In this document: positions 24,775 through 36,439 of the stretch, piece after piece
Numbering within the stretch: position 1 is the first letter of the stretch
How the letters are laid out: every line of letters starts with the position of its first letter
Assembly: GCA_024276125.1 (NCBI GenBank)
Contig: JAJRXT010000085.1
Location: forward strand, 20,580 to 84,579
Length of the DNA stretch: 64,000 nucleotides
Direction of reading: 5' to 3'
From: a bacterium
GTDB taxonomy: Bacteria > SZUA-182 > SZUA-191 > JAJRXT01
Notes under the pieces: generated by a model
The model's input: only the letters and a program-made list of their open reading frames with translations
The model's database searches: none
Told to the model about the DNA's origin: nothing
Made by a program: the position numbers and the translations under genes

Positions 24775-24917
24775 TTTTTATCCCAATTTGGTTTAGTTAT
24801 AGGGGATGGGTTTATCAGTGTAAGACCCGAATCATGCTGACTTAGGAACTGCTAATACAGTGTGTTGCAAATATACTGCAAGGGTTCATAACTGTGATTT
24901 GTAAGTGTATGTTTGTA

Positions 24918-24990
24918 TGTTTCGGGGCGTCCCACCTCGAAACTAATTGCTTAAAGCGCAGGTGTTTCGGGATGAAACATCCCAAAACAT
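24918..24990. repeat. REP-like TTTCGGG(A/G)TG...CATCCCGAAAC family (also 30098-30163, 55058-55137, 58900-58925)
   Basis: Recurrent short palindromes in intergenic regions. Confidence 0.7.
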
Positions 24991-25272
24991 AAAATCATTC
25001 TTTATAAACTTCTTGAGTATAGTTTGGTTTATCCTGCTTCAATTTGTTATTTACATGAAGCTTGTCCTTGTGAAAACGGGGAACGGGAATTTAGATTGAA
25101 AAAATGGATTCCTGCTTCCTCAGGAATGACAGATAAGTATAAAACCTGTTATTTACGAAACACTATACTAGCTAAATATATCAAAAAAAATTTTTTTTTG
25201 CAAGTTTAGTTTAACCATATTTTTTTTTGAATATATATTCAAAAAATCCATAAATAGCGCTTCAAAGAAGAG

Positions 25273-25314
25273 GAATTCAGAAGACAGAATTCAGGAGTCA
25301 GAAGTCAGGAGATA
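25273..25314 (+). repeat. Degenerate 7-bp tandem repeat, 6 units
   Basis: GAATTCA GAAGACA GAATTCA GGAGTCA GAAGTCA GGAGATA. Confidence 0.6.
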
Positions 25315-25520
25315 AAAGAACCTCTTACCTAAGGAGCTGTCACAAAATAACTTGTACATTTTCGCATCTAATCTTTTGCAGTATAGGCATGTTCATACAG
25401 CTTATTGTATATGCCTATTATAGTTAAAAAAATGCTCGGCAAAGATAAACGGCACAATGTGTGCATATTTGATATCAAAACTATTGTTAGCGAGACCTTA
25501 TGTTTACCAGAGGAATTTAT

Positions 25521-28500
25521 ATGACTAAACTTATAAATTGGATAAGAGCATATAAAAAATATCTTGCACCATTTATAACCATCTTGTTAACCCTGTTCAT
25601 TACAACCCTGCTTTATACTACTACAACAGCTCATGCAGCTCTTTCTAAGCAATACAGTAAAAAGCCCAAAACCAGCCTAAAAAACAACTGGCAGGAGAAG
25701 ATTCCCGCGATCTTAAAAAAATGGATCCCCTGGATATTAAGAGACTATAATAAAAAAAACGCCCCTTTTTCGTATAATAATTTTAATGATAAAACATATA
25801 TCCTGCCCTATAAATTAAACCTTTCGGTTAATGATAAAAACGGTAAATTTATACTAAAAGTCAAAATTTATAAAAAAGGCTGGGTAATTATCCCGGGAAA
25901 TGCCAAATGCTGGCCTCAACAAGTGAAATCAAACTATCTGCCTGTTCCAGTTATTCCCAAAGGCAATCTGCCTGCTGTTTATCTTTATCCGGGAGACTAC
26001 CAAATAAACGGAGAGTTTAACTGGCAAAACCCGCCGGAGGCGCTAAAACTGCCGCAGAATCTGGGATTAATTAATTTAAAAGTAAACGGAGAAAAAGTCC
26101 CGCATCCCAATTTAGATAAGCAAGGCAGATTGTGGATCAAACAAAAAACCGCTAAAACCACCGATGCCGATACATTGGATATTAAGGTATTCAGGCATAT
26201 TACTGATGATATACCATTTATGCTCGATACCAAAATTATGTTGAATGTATCGGGTAAAAACCGTGAAATCATACTCGATAATGTATTATTACCAAATTTT
26301 ATAGCGCTAAAACTAGCCGGCAGACTGCCCGTCCGTTTAGAAGATAACGGCAGCCTGTATATAAAACTGCGTCCCGGCAAATGGATAATAGATATAAGCT
26401 CATATTGCAATAAACCCGTCTACTCGCTTACGCTGCCCCCTGCTATTCCGCCCTGGCCCAAAGAAGAAATATGGGTGTTTAACGCCAAAAACAACCTGCG
26501 TACCGTGAATATTGAAGGCGTACCCTCAATTGATTCAAGACAGACCGAGCTGCCGCGCAAGTGGAGCAGGCTGCCCGCTTATTATCTTAAACCGGATGAT
26601 GAGCTAAAACTTATAGAAAAAAAGAGGGGCGATGATAAAACACAGCCGAATATGCTTAATCTATCCCGCAATATATGGCTGGATTTTGATGGAGCAGGCT
26701 ATACCATAGCCGATACCATAACAGGCAGAATAAACAATAATTAGCGTCTTATAGTAAATAAGGATACCAAACTTGGCAGAGTAAATATTAACGGAGTTGA
26801 CCAATTTATAACAAAATTAAACAAGAAAAAAGCAACGGGAGTGGAGGTTAGAAAAGGAGAGCTTAATCTAACCGCAGAAGGACGTATTGAAAAAAATATA
26901 AACCAAATAAATGCCGCCGGCTGGATGCACGATTTTAAGTCAGTAAGCTGCAATCTGCACCTGCCGCCCGGCTGGAGGCTTTTTTTTGCCAAACGCGTTG
27001 ATCGAATATCAAACACATGGATAAACAAATGGAGCTTATTTGATATATTTTTAACGCTCTTTATTGCCGCCGCTATGTATAAACTAATGGGTATACCCGC
27101 CGGTATTACCGCTCTTATTACCCTGACTCTGGTTCATACGGAATTTACAGGCCTGTCTTGGGTTATTCTTATCCTGCTGGGCGCTATCGCCCTAAACCGC
27201 GTTATTCCGGCGGGAATGTTTAAAAATATTATAAATCTATGCCGGCGCATTACTCTTTTGGGACTTATTCTGCTTTTGCTTCCCCTTATATTTTTTCATA
27301 TACGCAATGCCGTATATCCTCAGCTTGAGGGATTCTAATATGGAACCGGCTATTCTCATCCGATTTATTACGGCAGAGTATCAGACAAAATGGCCGATGA
27401 GGAAACCTTGTTTGAGTCCGAAAAAAAAGAGCGGTTGTTTGCAAAAGATAAAATGGATATAAAAAACGAAGCCGGTGAATTCCCCGCAAAAGCCCTAAGA
27501 AAAGCTAGAATACCCCTAAGACAAAAAATAAATACTCCACGGCAGGCATCCGGTATAGATCAGATTTATCAATATGATCCCAATACAGCGGTACAAACCG
27601 GTTACGGTCTTTCAAACTGGATGGGTAAAAACATATTCTTAAGCTGGAGCGGACCTGTAACAGCCGCTCAGAATATACAATTATGGTTTATGCCGCCTTT
27701 ATTAAATCTTGGGCTGGCTTTTGCAAGGATGATTCTATTGGTTTTATTGGTTGGGTTTTTATCGGAAATTAAACCGTTTAATCCATTTAAAAAAATAAAC
27801 CGCAAAGCCGCCGCTGCTGGTTTTATCCTGATATTTTTATTATGTGCAAATTTGCATAATGCGCATGCCGATGATACGGAGATTCCGCCGGATGCCATAC
27901 TAAAAGAACTTAAGACATATGTAATATCCAATATGGAGAAGCAGCCCGACTGCCTGCCGGATTGCGGCAGTATTTCCCGTATGAAACTGCAAGTTACCGG
28001 AAAACAACTGTCTTTAAGAATGCAGGTTCAGATAAAATCAGAGGCGGCGGTACCCCTGCACAAAGTGGTATCTAATAAAAAAATAAACTGGAGACCGGAT
28101 GCCGTATCAGTAGACGGCTCGGCGGAAGGCGTGTTTTTATCTACTAAGAACGGTTATTTGTGGATAATACTCAAAGAGGGCGTGCATCAGGTTATTATTA
28201 CCGGACAAGTGCCGGATATGGACGCATTGTCTATTAATTTCCTGCTTAAGCCGTATTATTCCGAATATGAGACTGTCGGCTGGAATCTATTCGGTATTTA
28301 TAATAACGGCGAGACGGATTCTAATATACAACTGGTACGCATAAAGGCGGTTGATGAGGATGATGAAGATAGTGAGGATGAAAGTTTTGAAAAGAGCAAA
28401 CTCCCCCCGCTTCTTAAGGTACAGCGCAACATTTTATTCGGCACGTCTTGGACTGTAAATACGCAAGTTACCAGAATATCGCCGCAGGGTTCGGGAGTGG

Positions 28501-29972
28501 CGGTTAATATACCGCTCTTAAATGGCGAGTCGGTTACTACCCCCGGAATAAGGGTAAAGGATAAGGCCGCCATGATCAATATGAGCGCCGGCGCCTCGCG
28601 GGTTAGCTGGGATTCCGTATTAAAAATAACCCCTGATTTATCATTAAGCGCTCCTGAGACTCTACCCTGGACGGAAATATGGAAACTAAATGTAACCAAT
28701 TTGTGGCATATGAGCTATAAGGGGATACCCAAAATTTATACAGATTCTAATATATTAGAATGGCGTCCATGGCCGGGGGAGAGCCTTGATATCTCACTTA
28801 CCAAGCCGCAGGGCATAGCCGCGCCCACCAAAACTATTGACAATGTATGGCTGACCGTAAATAGTGGTCAAAGAAGCCTGAATGCTGAGCTTAAATTAAA
28901 AATAAGAAGCAGTATAGGCGGGCAGCATAATATAAAACTGCCCAAAGACGCACAAATACAACAGATAATAATAAATAACCGCAATCAGCCCATACAACAA
29001 AACAAGGGTAATGTTCCTATATTTTTAAGCCCGGGTACACAAAATATACAGATTTCATGGAAACAGACCAAGGGAATCTCTGAATTATTCAAGGTACCTG
29101 CGGTTTCATTAGGTCTTAAAGCGGTTAATATTGAAACCGTACTAACCCTGCCGCATGATCGTTGGGCGCTTTTTACCAAAGGACCCATAATCGGCCCGGC
29201 TGTACTTTTTTGGGGTAGTCTTGCAGTTATCGTCTTATTAGCTTTCCTTCTGGGACTAAGCAAGGTTACTCCGCTTAAGATACATCACTGGCTGTTGCTT
29301 ATGATCGGTTTGAGTCAAACCGATCTTAGCGTAAATCTTATTGTAATTGGCTGGCTGTTGGTTATGGGCTGGAGGAAAAAAGATACCATGCCGGAGGCGT
29401 ACAACGGCCTATTCGATTTAAGGCAGATAATTTTGGCGCTATGGGGTATAACCGCTATTATATGTATTTTTACGGCTATAAAGCACGGGCTGTTGGGCTC
29501 GCCAAACATGAAAATCCTAGGTAACGGCTCAAGCGCTTATTACCTTAAATGGTTTCAGGATATTGCAGATTCTGTCCCTATGCGCCCATGGGTATTATCA
29601 ATAGATTTGATATACTATCGTATATTAATGCTCATATGGGCGCTTTGGCTGGCTTTTGCCTTTACGTCCTGGCTCAAATGGGGCTGGATATGTTTTTCTG
29701 AAGGCGGTCTGTGGAAATTTAATAAGAAAAACAGGAAAAAAAATAAAACAGAAGAAGAGCATGTTGTTTTTGAGGAAGGGGAAATGGCGGTTGAATCTGA
29801 AGCGCCGCTTAGCTATCCTGATGAAGCGCCCGTTGATTTTGTGGAATTACCGGTTGAATTTGACGAATCACCAGTTGGCGCGGAGGATACGGCTGTTTAT
29901 TCTGAGGACTCAGTTATTGGTTCTGATGAGGGGACTATTGATTATGAAGAGCTGCCGATTGATTTTGACTAA
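25521..29972 (+). pseudogene. Large conserved-type membrane protein of unknown function, split by in-frame TAG (26742) and TAA (27336)
   Basis: Three ORF-track pieces share one frame, and the gaps translate without further stops. The first and third pieces carry similar beta-rich domains (PW.EIW; WP..V), followed by TM helices. Confidence 0.75.
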
Positions 29973-30011
29973 AGATAAGTATAGCTCAACTTTAAGGTAC
30001 GAACTATCCCC

Positions 30012-30076
30012 TGTAGCAGACGACCTTTAGGTCGGCTGGGTCAGCCATGTGGCGGGTTTAAAAACCCTCGGCTACA
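30012..30076. repeat. REP-like TGTAGC..CGACC...GGCGGGTTTAAAAACC..GCTAC family (also 53564-53620, 57402-57458)
   Basis: Three similar intergenic copies with inverted ends. Confidence 0.75.
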
Positions 30077-30256
30077 AAGGAAAAAATATACTATTTATGT
30101 TTCGGGGTGTCTCACCCCTAAACACTATATTATCCGGTTTCGGGATGAGACATCCCGAAACATAGTTTATTAGTCAACCTAAAGGTTGACAACTACAGAA
30201 ATCGTCCGCACCGAGGGTGCGTTAAGTTCAGCTTACCCTACAGTATAATGTTTGAA

Positions 30257-30907
30257 CTAAAGGGTTTCCTGCTTGGTATAGTTGATTAATCTATAGTTTT
30301 TAAGTACGCGACGGCTGTATTTTCGGGGGATACGCGTCTTGGAAAGCATAAGCCGGCCTACAGCGGTGGGTCCCATATTATAGGCAGTTAGAGCGGTTTC
30401 CAGCCGCCTGAAACGCTGGATCATTTTAGCTAAATAGTATGTGCCCATTTTTATGTTTGTCTTTGGATCATGCAGGCTTGGAGCTTTATTCCAGTCAATC
30501 CCCATTTCCTTAGCGATTCCTATAGCGGTAAGAAGTCTGATTTGCATTAACCCACGGGCGCCGGCTGAAGATAAGGCATTATTATTAAAGGAGCTTTCTG
30601 TTTGTATAAGAGCGACAACCAATTGCGGATCAAGCATATGCTCTTGGCATTCTTTATAAATTAGTTCGACGAGCGACCATTTATTCTTTATTGAAAGTTT
30701 ACCGGCCATCTTATCTAAGGCTGTTAGAATTTTCTTTTTTTTAGCCTGTACTACCTGTATACGCGTATTTATAACCAAACCGTCATTTCCATCCAAAAAA
30801 TTATATACATCTTTATTACGGCATGCCGGTTCAAAGCTTATAATTCCGGCTGATAGTAAAGGAATCATCAAAGGGGTCAGCCAATTGTGTGCAAATTTAA
30901 AACTCAT
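30257..30907 (-). CDS. Lytic transglycosylase (SLT domain)
   Basis: LVVALIQTESSFN..A.S.AGARGLMQI, NI..GT.YL, ALTAYNMGP motifs. Confidence 0.92.
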   Translation of the reverse strand: MSFKFAHNWLTPLMIPLLSAGIISFEPACRNKDVYNFLDGNDGLVINTRIQVVQAKKKKILTALDKMAGKLSIKNKWSLVELIYKECQEHMLDPQLVVALIQTESSFNNNALSSAGARGLMQIRLLTAIGIAKEMGIDWNKAPSLHDPKTNIKMGTYYLAKMIQRFRRLETALTAYNMGPTAVGRLMLSKTRIPRKYSRRVLKNYRLINYTKQETL

Positions 30908-31741
30908 AAAAAAAATCGCCTTTTAAAGTCTTACTCGCGCAAGCAGTAATTCAGGTTACAAATAGGTTGCTGCTTTCGCTTTTAGGAACTGTCACGAAAT
31001 AATTTGTACATTTTCGCATCTAATCTTTTGCTCATCTTCAGGCGATCTTCAAATAAGCAAAATCATTGAATTAGCGCCGCTAGCTAGTCCTCAAATTTTG
31101 CTTTTATCAGACCGCCTGAATCTAAGCTAAATCTTAGCGCTAAAATGCACAACTTATTTTGTGACAGTTCCTGAGTATGACAGATTAAGAGTTTAAGAAA
31201 TAGAGTGGAGTTCTGCTATTTCATATTACGAAATACATAAACATGTAGGTATAGATATTGTTTTATAGTCGTAAACCCACCATAATCTCATATAAGGGGT
31301 CTGGTGGATTCGGAGTAATCATATCGTAGTTCTCCCTAAGAAGTTGCGTCATAATTGCTTATAACCTGAAGAATGCTTTCAATTTGTCATTCCTGCGGAG
31401 GCAGGAATCCAGTTTTTAAAGCAACTTATAGATTCCTGCCTCTGCAGGAATGACAGGAAAAGGGTAGTTTTTCTAGTTACGACACAGCCTCTAAGTATAG
31501 TAATTTCGTAAAAAGTTTTAATTTAACCATGCTGCTGTTATGTTATGAGTTATTCACTTTGTTGACTTATATGCAAAAACCTAACCGGACAGCGCCGATG
31601 CTATCAAAAAATAAAGCTATATTACAGTAGAGATTAAGATATATGTTTTTCTACTAATTTTGTATTAATATACGGTTTTTTTTATATTTGTAAAGTGCAA
31701 AGTAGATAGTTTTATACTAAGGAACAGATCAGATGAACTTC

Positions 31742-34330
31742 TTATCTCGCCGAAAAAAAATAGGAAAACTTGCGGTAGATAATATCAACAAAGAATAAAA
31801 AAAGCGCAATTAGCAAACAAACAGTATCCAGGGCGGTATATGCTTTTTCTTCCCTTTGAGGAATTTGCAATATATTATCGTCTATATTCAGTACATTGCC
31901 GGCAGTAATCGAGGCTGTTGTATCTAATAGTCGATAATTTATACTCTTATCCATTGCTTCTGCGCTATAGGCTGCAACAAAACCTGCGCTGGCCGATTCC
32001 ACTACCTTATCGCCCTCAAGCTGAAGTATCTTTACCAGATAATTACCCTTATCTTTAACGGCAGCTTGCGCCTCATATCTACCCGGCGCTGTCTGCTTTA
32101 GCCTGAGCTTTTTCACGCTTAAATCAGGATAAATAATATTGGCGGCAAGGGAAAGTTTATTTTTAAATTCACCGCTATCATCCAATACATCCAGCCAGAT
32201 ATTAAGTCTGTCCGCTTGCAGAACAAAATTTGGAATAAGTCTTGTATTCTGATTAATACTTGAGGCGCTCCAGTTAAAAATCTGCCGCCAAAACAGCTTA
32301 AAATACGGCCAAGTGAGCCAATTAGCGCTATTTGCGGTAAATACCGCCGCTTTGCCTAAGCCATAATTACCAACCGACAATATCGGTTCGCCTTGTTCGC
32401 TTACCAGAATATTCTGTGCATCAGATTTGACCGTAGTCGCCACATAAGTCATAATCTGCGGAAATGGAGGATTTATCCCTTTTATTATTGGGTGATTATT
32501 TTTTATTACCACCTTAGTCTGTTTATCTCTAATAAAGGATTGAGTGGCAATCTGTAAATCCTTAAAAAATATTTTCTCCAGTTGATGATAATCTTCAGTT
32601 AAAAACAGCCTGCCGGAACCGCGTTTCGATATTTCAGCCAGTAGTTCTTTATCGCAATCAGCGCCTATACCCACACTGCTTACAGTAATACCGGCACCGG
32701 CGATATCATTAAGTAACAAACTAAAATCGGTTTTAGCCGATTTTCCGTCGGATAATAAAAGAATATGTTTTTTATCCGCTTTTATATTTTTTAACCAGTT
32801 ATAGGCTAAGGCAAGCCCCGGTTTTATATTGGTTTTACCTTTAGGCTCTATTGATTTAACCGCTTGTATTATCTCATCTTTTTTATCTCCGCCGGTAAGC
32901 GGTAAAATTGTCCTTGCCTGCATATCAAAAGCCGCGACACCTATCATATCTTGTGCCTTAAACCAATTTAAGCCGGCTATAACAGCATCTGTGGCTATCT
33001 CCAATTTGCTTTGTGCCCCTATTGTATAGCCCATGCTCTCTGATTTATCCAGTACCAATACCATAGCTATCCTGCTTTTGCGGTTCTTATCCTCTATATA
33101 CATATTAACCGGTAAAATTTTTTCTAAGGGTGTATCCAAATATCCGCCCGGCCCCAAGCTTTTGTCCCCGCCGATTACTATTAAGCCCTTACCCAAATCA
33201 TGTACCCAGGCTTTAAGCATTCTCATCTGAGCGCCGGTTAGGCTGAACGCTGAAATATTATCAAGTATGATATGAGAATAATTTTGGTACGCAAGGGGCG
33301 TTTCTTCCAACTGAGTTGCTGAGATTATATCTATAGACGATTGCTGCGGTAAGTGCGAAAACAACGGGCTGGGCGATTGGGGATTCCGGCTCACATAAAG
33401 CAAGCGCGATTGCCCGTAAGAACTCATCCAGCAGGCGCCATAATTATTCTCAGATATACTATCGCCTATTGCAGAAACCTTAGCCGATATAATATAAGCC
33501 CCCGGCTTATTTATGGTAACAGGATATCTTACAAGCTGTGAGCGCTTATCGTCCAGAATTACCGGTATACCGGCGGCTATTGGCTGTTTATTTAAAAACA
33601 AAGACAATTCGGCTTTTTTAATTAAAGATGCCCCCAATTTTATTTCAATATCAACCGGTTTTCCTAAAGTTGCCTGATGCGGTATATATACCGCATCTAT
33701 CCATACATCCGGTTTTTCATGAACATCCCCTAAGGGTAATACATTGACCCTAATCTTACCAGAACGCAAATTTATAAGCTGCGGGGTCAAATCACTCCAG
33801 TGATGATTGCCGTCTGATAATAAGACCAGCTTTTTTTTATAATCCGGCGGATAAAGATAGCCAGCTTTTTTTAAAACAGCGCCTATATCAGTATCCCATA
33901 TCTTATTTTCGTTAGTAATTTTTCCGCTTAGTTTTTTAAGGTATTTTTTAAAGGTTTTATAATTATAATCAATCGGTTTTAAGATTGCTTTAGCTTCAGT
34001 ATCGAATAATATCAAACCGGCTATATCGCCTTTTTTCAATTCGGATAAATTATTATCAATCCATTTAATACCTTGGATAATATCATTGTCGCTCATACTA
34101 GCAGACACATCCAAAGCGAAGATATAACAATTTCTTGATAATGAACGTATCGTATAGGGTTTAGTCAGCGCCAGCGCTAAAAACAATACAATAAGACATT
34201 TAAAGACCAATTGCTGTCTTAAGCTCACCGGCTCTACATTGTGGCGGTTTCGCTTATATATCAAATAAAGCGGTATAAAAATCAGCAGAAGGCTCAAAAA
34301 ATACGGCCGTTCAAAGCTAATATACGGCAT
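31742..34330 (-). CDS. Membrane-anchored double-VWA protein with glutamine-amidotransferase-like domain
   Basis: LDVSASM and LDKSESM MIDAS motifs, LLSDG, GLIVIGGDKSLGPGGY..TPLEKILPV, L.QTAPGRYEA, C-terminal TM. Confidence 0.85.
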   Translation of the reverse strand: MPYISFERPYFLSLLLIFIPLYLIYKRNRHNVEPVSLRQQLVFKCLIVLFLALALTKPYTIRSLSRNCYIFALDVSASMSDNDIIQGIKWIDNNLSELKKGDIAGLILFDTEAKAILKPIDYNYKTFKKYLKKLSGKITNENKIWDTDIGAVLKKAGYLYPPDYKKKLVLLSDGNHHWSDLTPQLINLRSGKIRVNVLPLGDVHEKPDVWIDAVYIPHQATLGKPVDIEIKLGASLIKKAELSLFLNKQPIAAGIPVILDDKRSQLVRYPVTINKPGAYIISAKVSAIGDSISENNYGACWMSSYGQSRLLYVSRNPQSPSPLFSHLPQQSSIDIISATQLEETPLAYQNYSHIILDNISAFSLTGAQMRMLKAWVHDLGKGLIVIGGDKSLGPGGYLDTPLEKILPVNMYIEDKNRKSRIAMVLVLDKSESMGYTIGAQSKLEIATDAVIAGLNWFKAQDMIGVAAFDMQARTILPLTGGDKKDEIIQAVKSIEPKGKTNIKPGLALAYNWLKNIKADKKHILLLSDGKSAKTDFSLLLNDIAGAGITVSSVGIGADCDKELLAEISKRGSGRLFLTEDYHQLEKIFFKDLQIATQSFIRDKQTKVVIKNNHPIIKGINPPFPQIMTYVATTVKSDAQNILVSEQGEPILSVGNYGLGKAAVFTANSANWLTWPYFKLFWRQIFNWSASSINQNTRLIPNFVLQADRLNIWLDVLDDSGEFKNKLSLAANIIYPDLSVKKLRLKQTAPGRYEAQAAVKDKGNYLVKILQLEGDKVVESASAGFVAAYSAEAMDKSINYRLLDTTASITAGNVLNIDDNILQIPQREEKAYTALDTVCLLIALFLFFVDIIYRKFSYFFSAR

Positions 34331-36221
34331 CCGCTTTCTCCTTTCTATACCACCATTTAAATACTATCAAACCTAATGCCAAGAAGGTAAGTAACATCCG
34401 GCTTTCTATGTGACCTAAGATTATCCGCCATATTCCAGGCTTACTACTGTGAGATACGGCGGAAAACCCGGGATTTATATGCGATTCACCCTGCGGCATA
34501 CTTACTACAAAATCAGTCTTTATATCTTTAAAAACAAATTGATATCGTCCTGCATATTGCGGGTTATAATAATTATCCTCATCCTTATATAAGGGAATAG
34601 TCTTTTTAATACCGTCAGGCTGGATTATAAAGGCGGTAGTATCTTCGGTTAGGGCTTGTTTTGGTATTGGTATTAAATATGGTTCGCCGACCTCCAATTT
34701 AACCGCTTTTTGATTATTGCCTTGCCCCGCAAAAAAATCCATTACATTAAATAAAAACATGGGGAAAGACGGCTGTAAGGTAAAATCAGTGTCCTTAAAG
34801 GCAAAACCCAGCCGTAGCAGATTGTATCCCGGGAAGCTGTCATATACCAGTATGGGAATTTGCCCGCTTTTGATTAATATCCGGCTTTGCGGATATAGCT
34901 TCAGCCGATTTACCCGCTTTATCTGTAGGCCGGACAGCTCAAGATAGTTCATTACAGGATGAGTCCGCTGCCAGCTTAAGGGTTTAATTATCTTTACCGG
35001 CGATTTACCCTGCGGATTTATTATCAGGTTTTGGCTAGATAGTAGTCTATCCGGTGTAAATCCGTAAAAAAGCGCTATATCAAAGCTTAGATACGGCTGC
35101 TCTTCTGCCAGTTTTTCATATTGTTTTTTGCTTAAGGCGGTGATTTTTAAGCGGGGTAACACGCCAAGCGCTTTTTTTAGGCGTTTGTTATTTACATTTA
35201 CTGCTAGCAATGAAATATCGTATAAATCAGATAAGATGTCATAGCCTTTATTATCGGTATTAAAAGCATCATCCCCCTCACCCAAACCCTCTCCCCGCTG
35301 GGGAGAGGGCAGGGTGAGGGGAGTTTGCACCATAAGGTGCGTTAACTCGCAGCTTATAATTCCTCCCATCTCAGATCGCCCTTGTATAATTATGCTTTTT
35401 TCCTCATTAGCGCCTAAATGTATTTTTCTATTATCCAAAGGGGTATTGTTTAATTGAGTCTGTAAATTAACCATTTTGGCGCCGGCGGCATAATTAGCCA
35501 AGCGAATCATTATCTGATAATCTACGGGAGACAAGATTTTCCGCCTAGCCTGCACATTTAATATCGCCGAATTATCAGCCTGCCCGCCTATGCCTATAAG
35601 CCGTACTTCGGGATAATTCTTTGATAAACCGGCAATATCAGGGCTGGACATATCGCTTATAATATATATTTTGGTTTTTTTGGGTAAATTTGAGATTAAG
35701 ACAGGTAAAAGTTGCGGAAAATTATCTGCTGCATCAGTAGATGAAATTTTATTTATTTGGTTTATTGCGGAAGCTGTCGTATCTGTAAAATTAAATGAGT
35801 CATTATTATTTGCGCTTATGGCTGAAATTATCAGATATTTGCTATTCCCTAAATTATTTATCAGCTCTATAGCCTGTTTTTTAGCCAGCGCCAGCCGGGT
35901 TGTATCACCTTGCTTGGTATTCATACCGGCTGAATTATCAATTAAGATTACAACTGGCTCATCCGCTGAGACTCCTTGCGTAAATTTGGGCTTAGCTATC
36001 GCCAGCGCCAAGAATAAGACAATTAATATCTGTAACAACAAGGTTAAGTTGCGGATTAGCTGCTGCCAGACTGTTTTTGGGCGGGCTTGTTCGGCTATTT
36101 GTACCCATAAAAAATAGGCGGGGGTCTTTAAGGTGATTTTTTGGGATTTTATAAAATAAAGGGCAATAATAAGCGGAATAAGAAACAGCAAATATAAGGA
36201 CAGGGGATATTGAAAACTCAT
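34317..36221 (-). CDS. BatA-N-terminal-domain + VWA protein
   Basis: MSFQYP...LFLIPLIIALYFIK...LLLLQILIV.FLALAIAKP (BatA N-terminus), LIDNSAGM, IISD, C-terminal TM. Confidence 0.85.
   Translation of the reverse strand: MSFQYPLSLYLLFLIPLIIALYFIKSQKITLKTPAYFLWVQIAEQARPKTVWQQLIRNLTLLLQILIVLFLALAIAKPKFTQGVSADEPVVILIDNSAGMNTKQGDTTRLALAKKQAIELINNLGNSKYLIISAISANNNDSFNFTDTTASAINQINKISSTDAADNFPQLLPVLISNLPKKTKIYIISDMSSPDIAGLSKNYPEVRLIGIGGQADNSAILNVQARRKILSPVDYQIMIRLANYAAGAKMVNLQTQLNNTPLDNRKIHLGANEEKSIIIQGRSEMGGIISCELTHLMVQTPLTLPSPQRGEGLGEGDDAFNTDNKGYDILSDLYDISLLAVNVNNKRLKKALGVLPRLKITALSKKQYEKLAEEQPYLSFDIALFYGFTPDRLLSSQNLIINPQGKSPVKIIKPLSWQRTHPVMNYLELSGLQIKRVNRLKLYPQSRILIKSGQIPILVYDSFPGYNLLRLGFAFKDTDFTLQPSFPMFLFNVMDFFAGQGNNQKAVKLEVGEPYLIPIPKQALTEDTTAFIIQPDGIKKTIPLYKDEDNYYNPQYAGRYQFVFKDIKTDFVVSMPQGESHINPGFSAVSHSSKPGIWRIILGHIESRMLLTFLALGLIVFKWWYRKEKADAVY
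35273..35322. repeat. GC-rich palindromic REP element lying in frame inside the BatA/VWA gene
   Basis: CCCCCTCACCCAAACCCTCTCCCCGCTGGGGAGAGGGCAGGGTGAGGGGA; encodes PLTLPSPQRGEGLGEG on the minus strand. Confidence 0.8.
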
Positions 36222-36439
36222 CTAGTACATTATGTTATTATGTTATATTAAGGAAAATAGTAGGGTGGGTCAAGCCCATATTACGAACGACAAAAAAAAT
36301 GTGTCGGATATACATTATCTGAGAGTTGCGGACCCACCACACCCGCAATTGCTTAAGCGCAGGTGTGGTGGAACCGCCTTAGGCTTGTTCCACCCTACAC
36401 TGATTTTGGGTTGGCACTCTAGGTCGTCCCTGACTTAAC

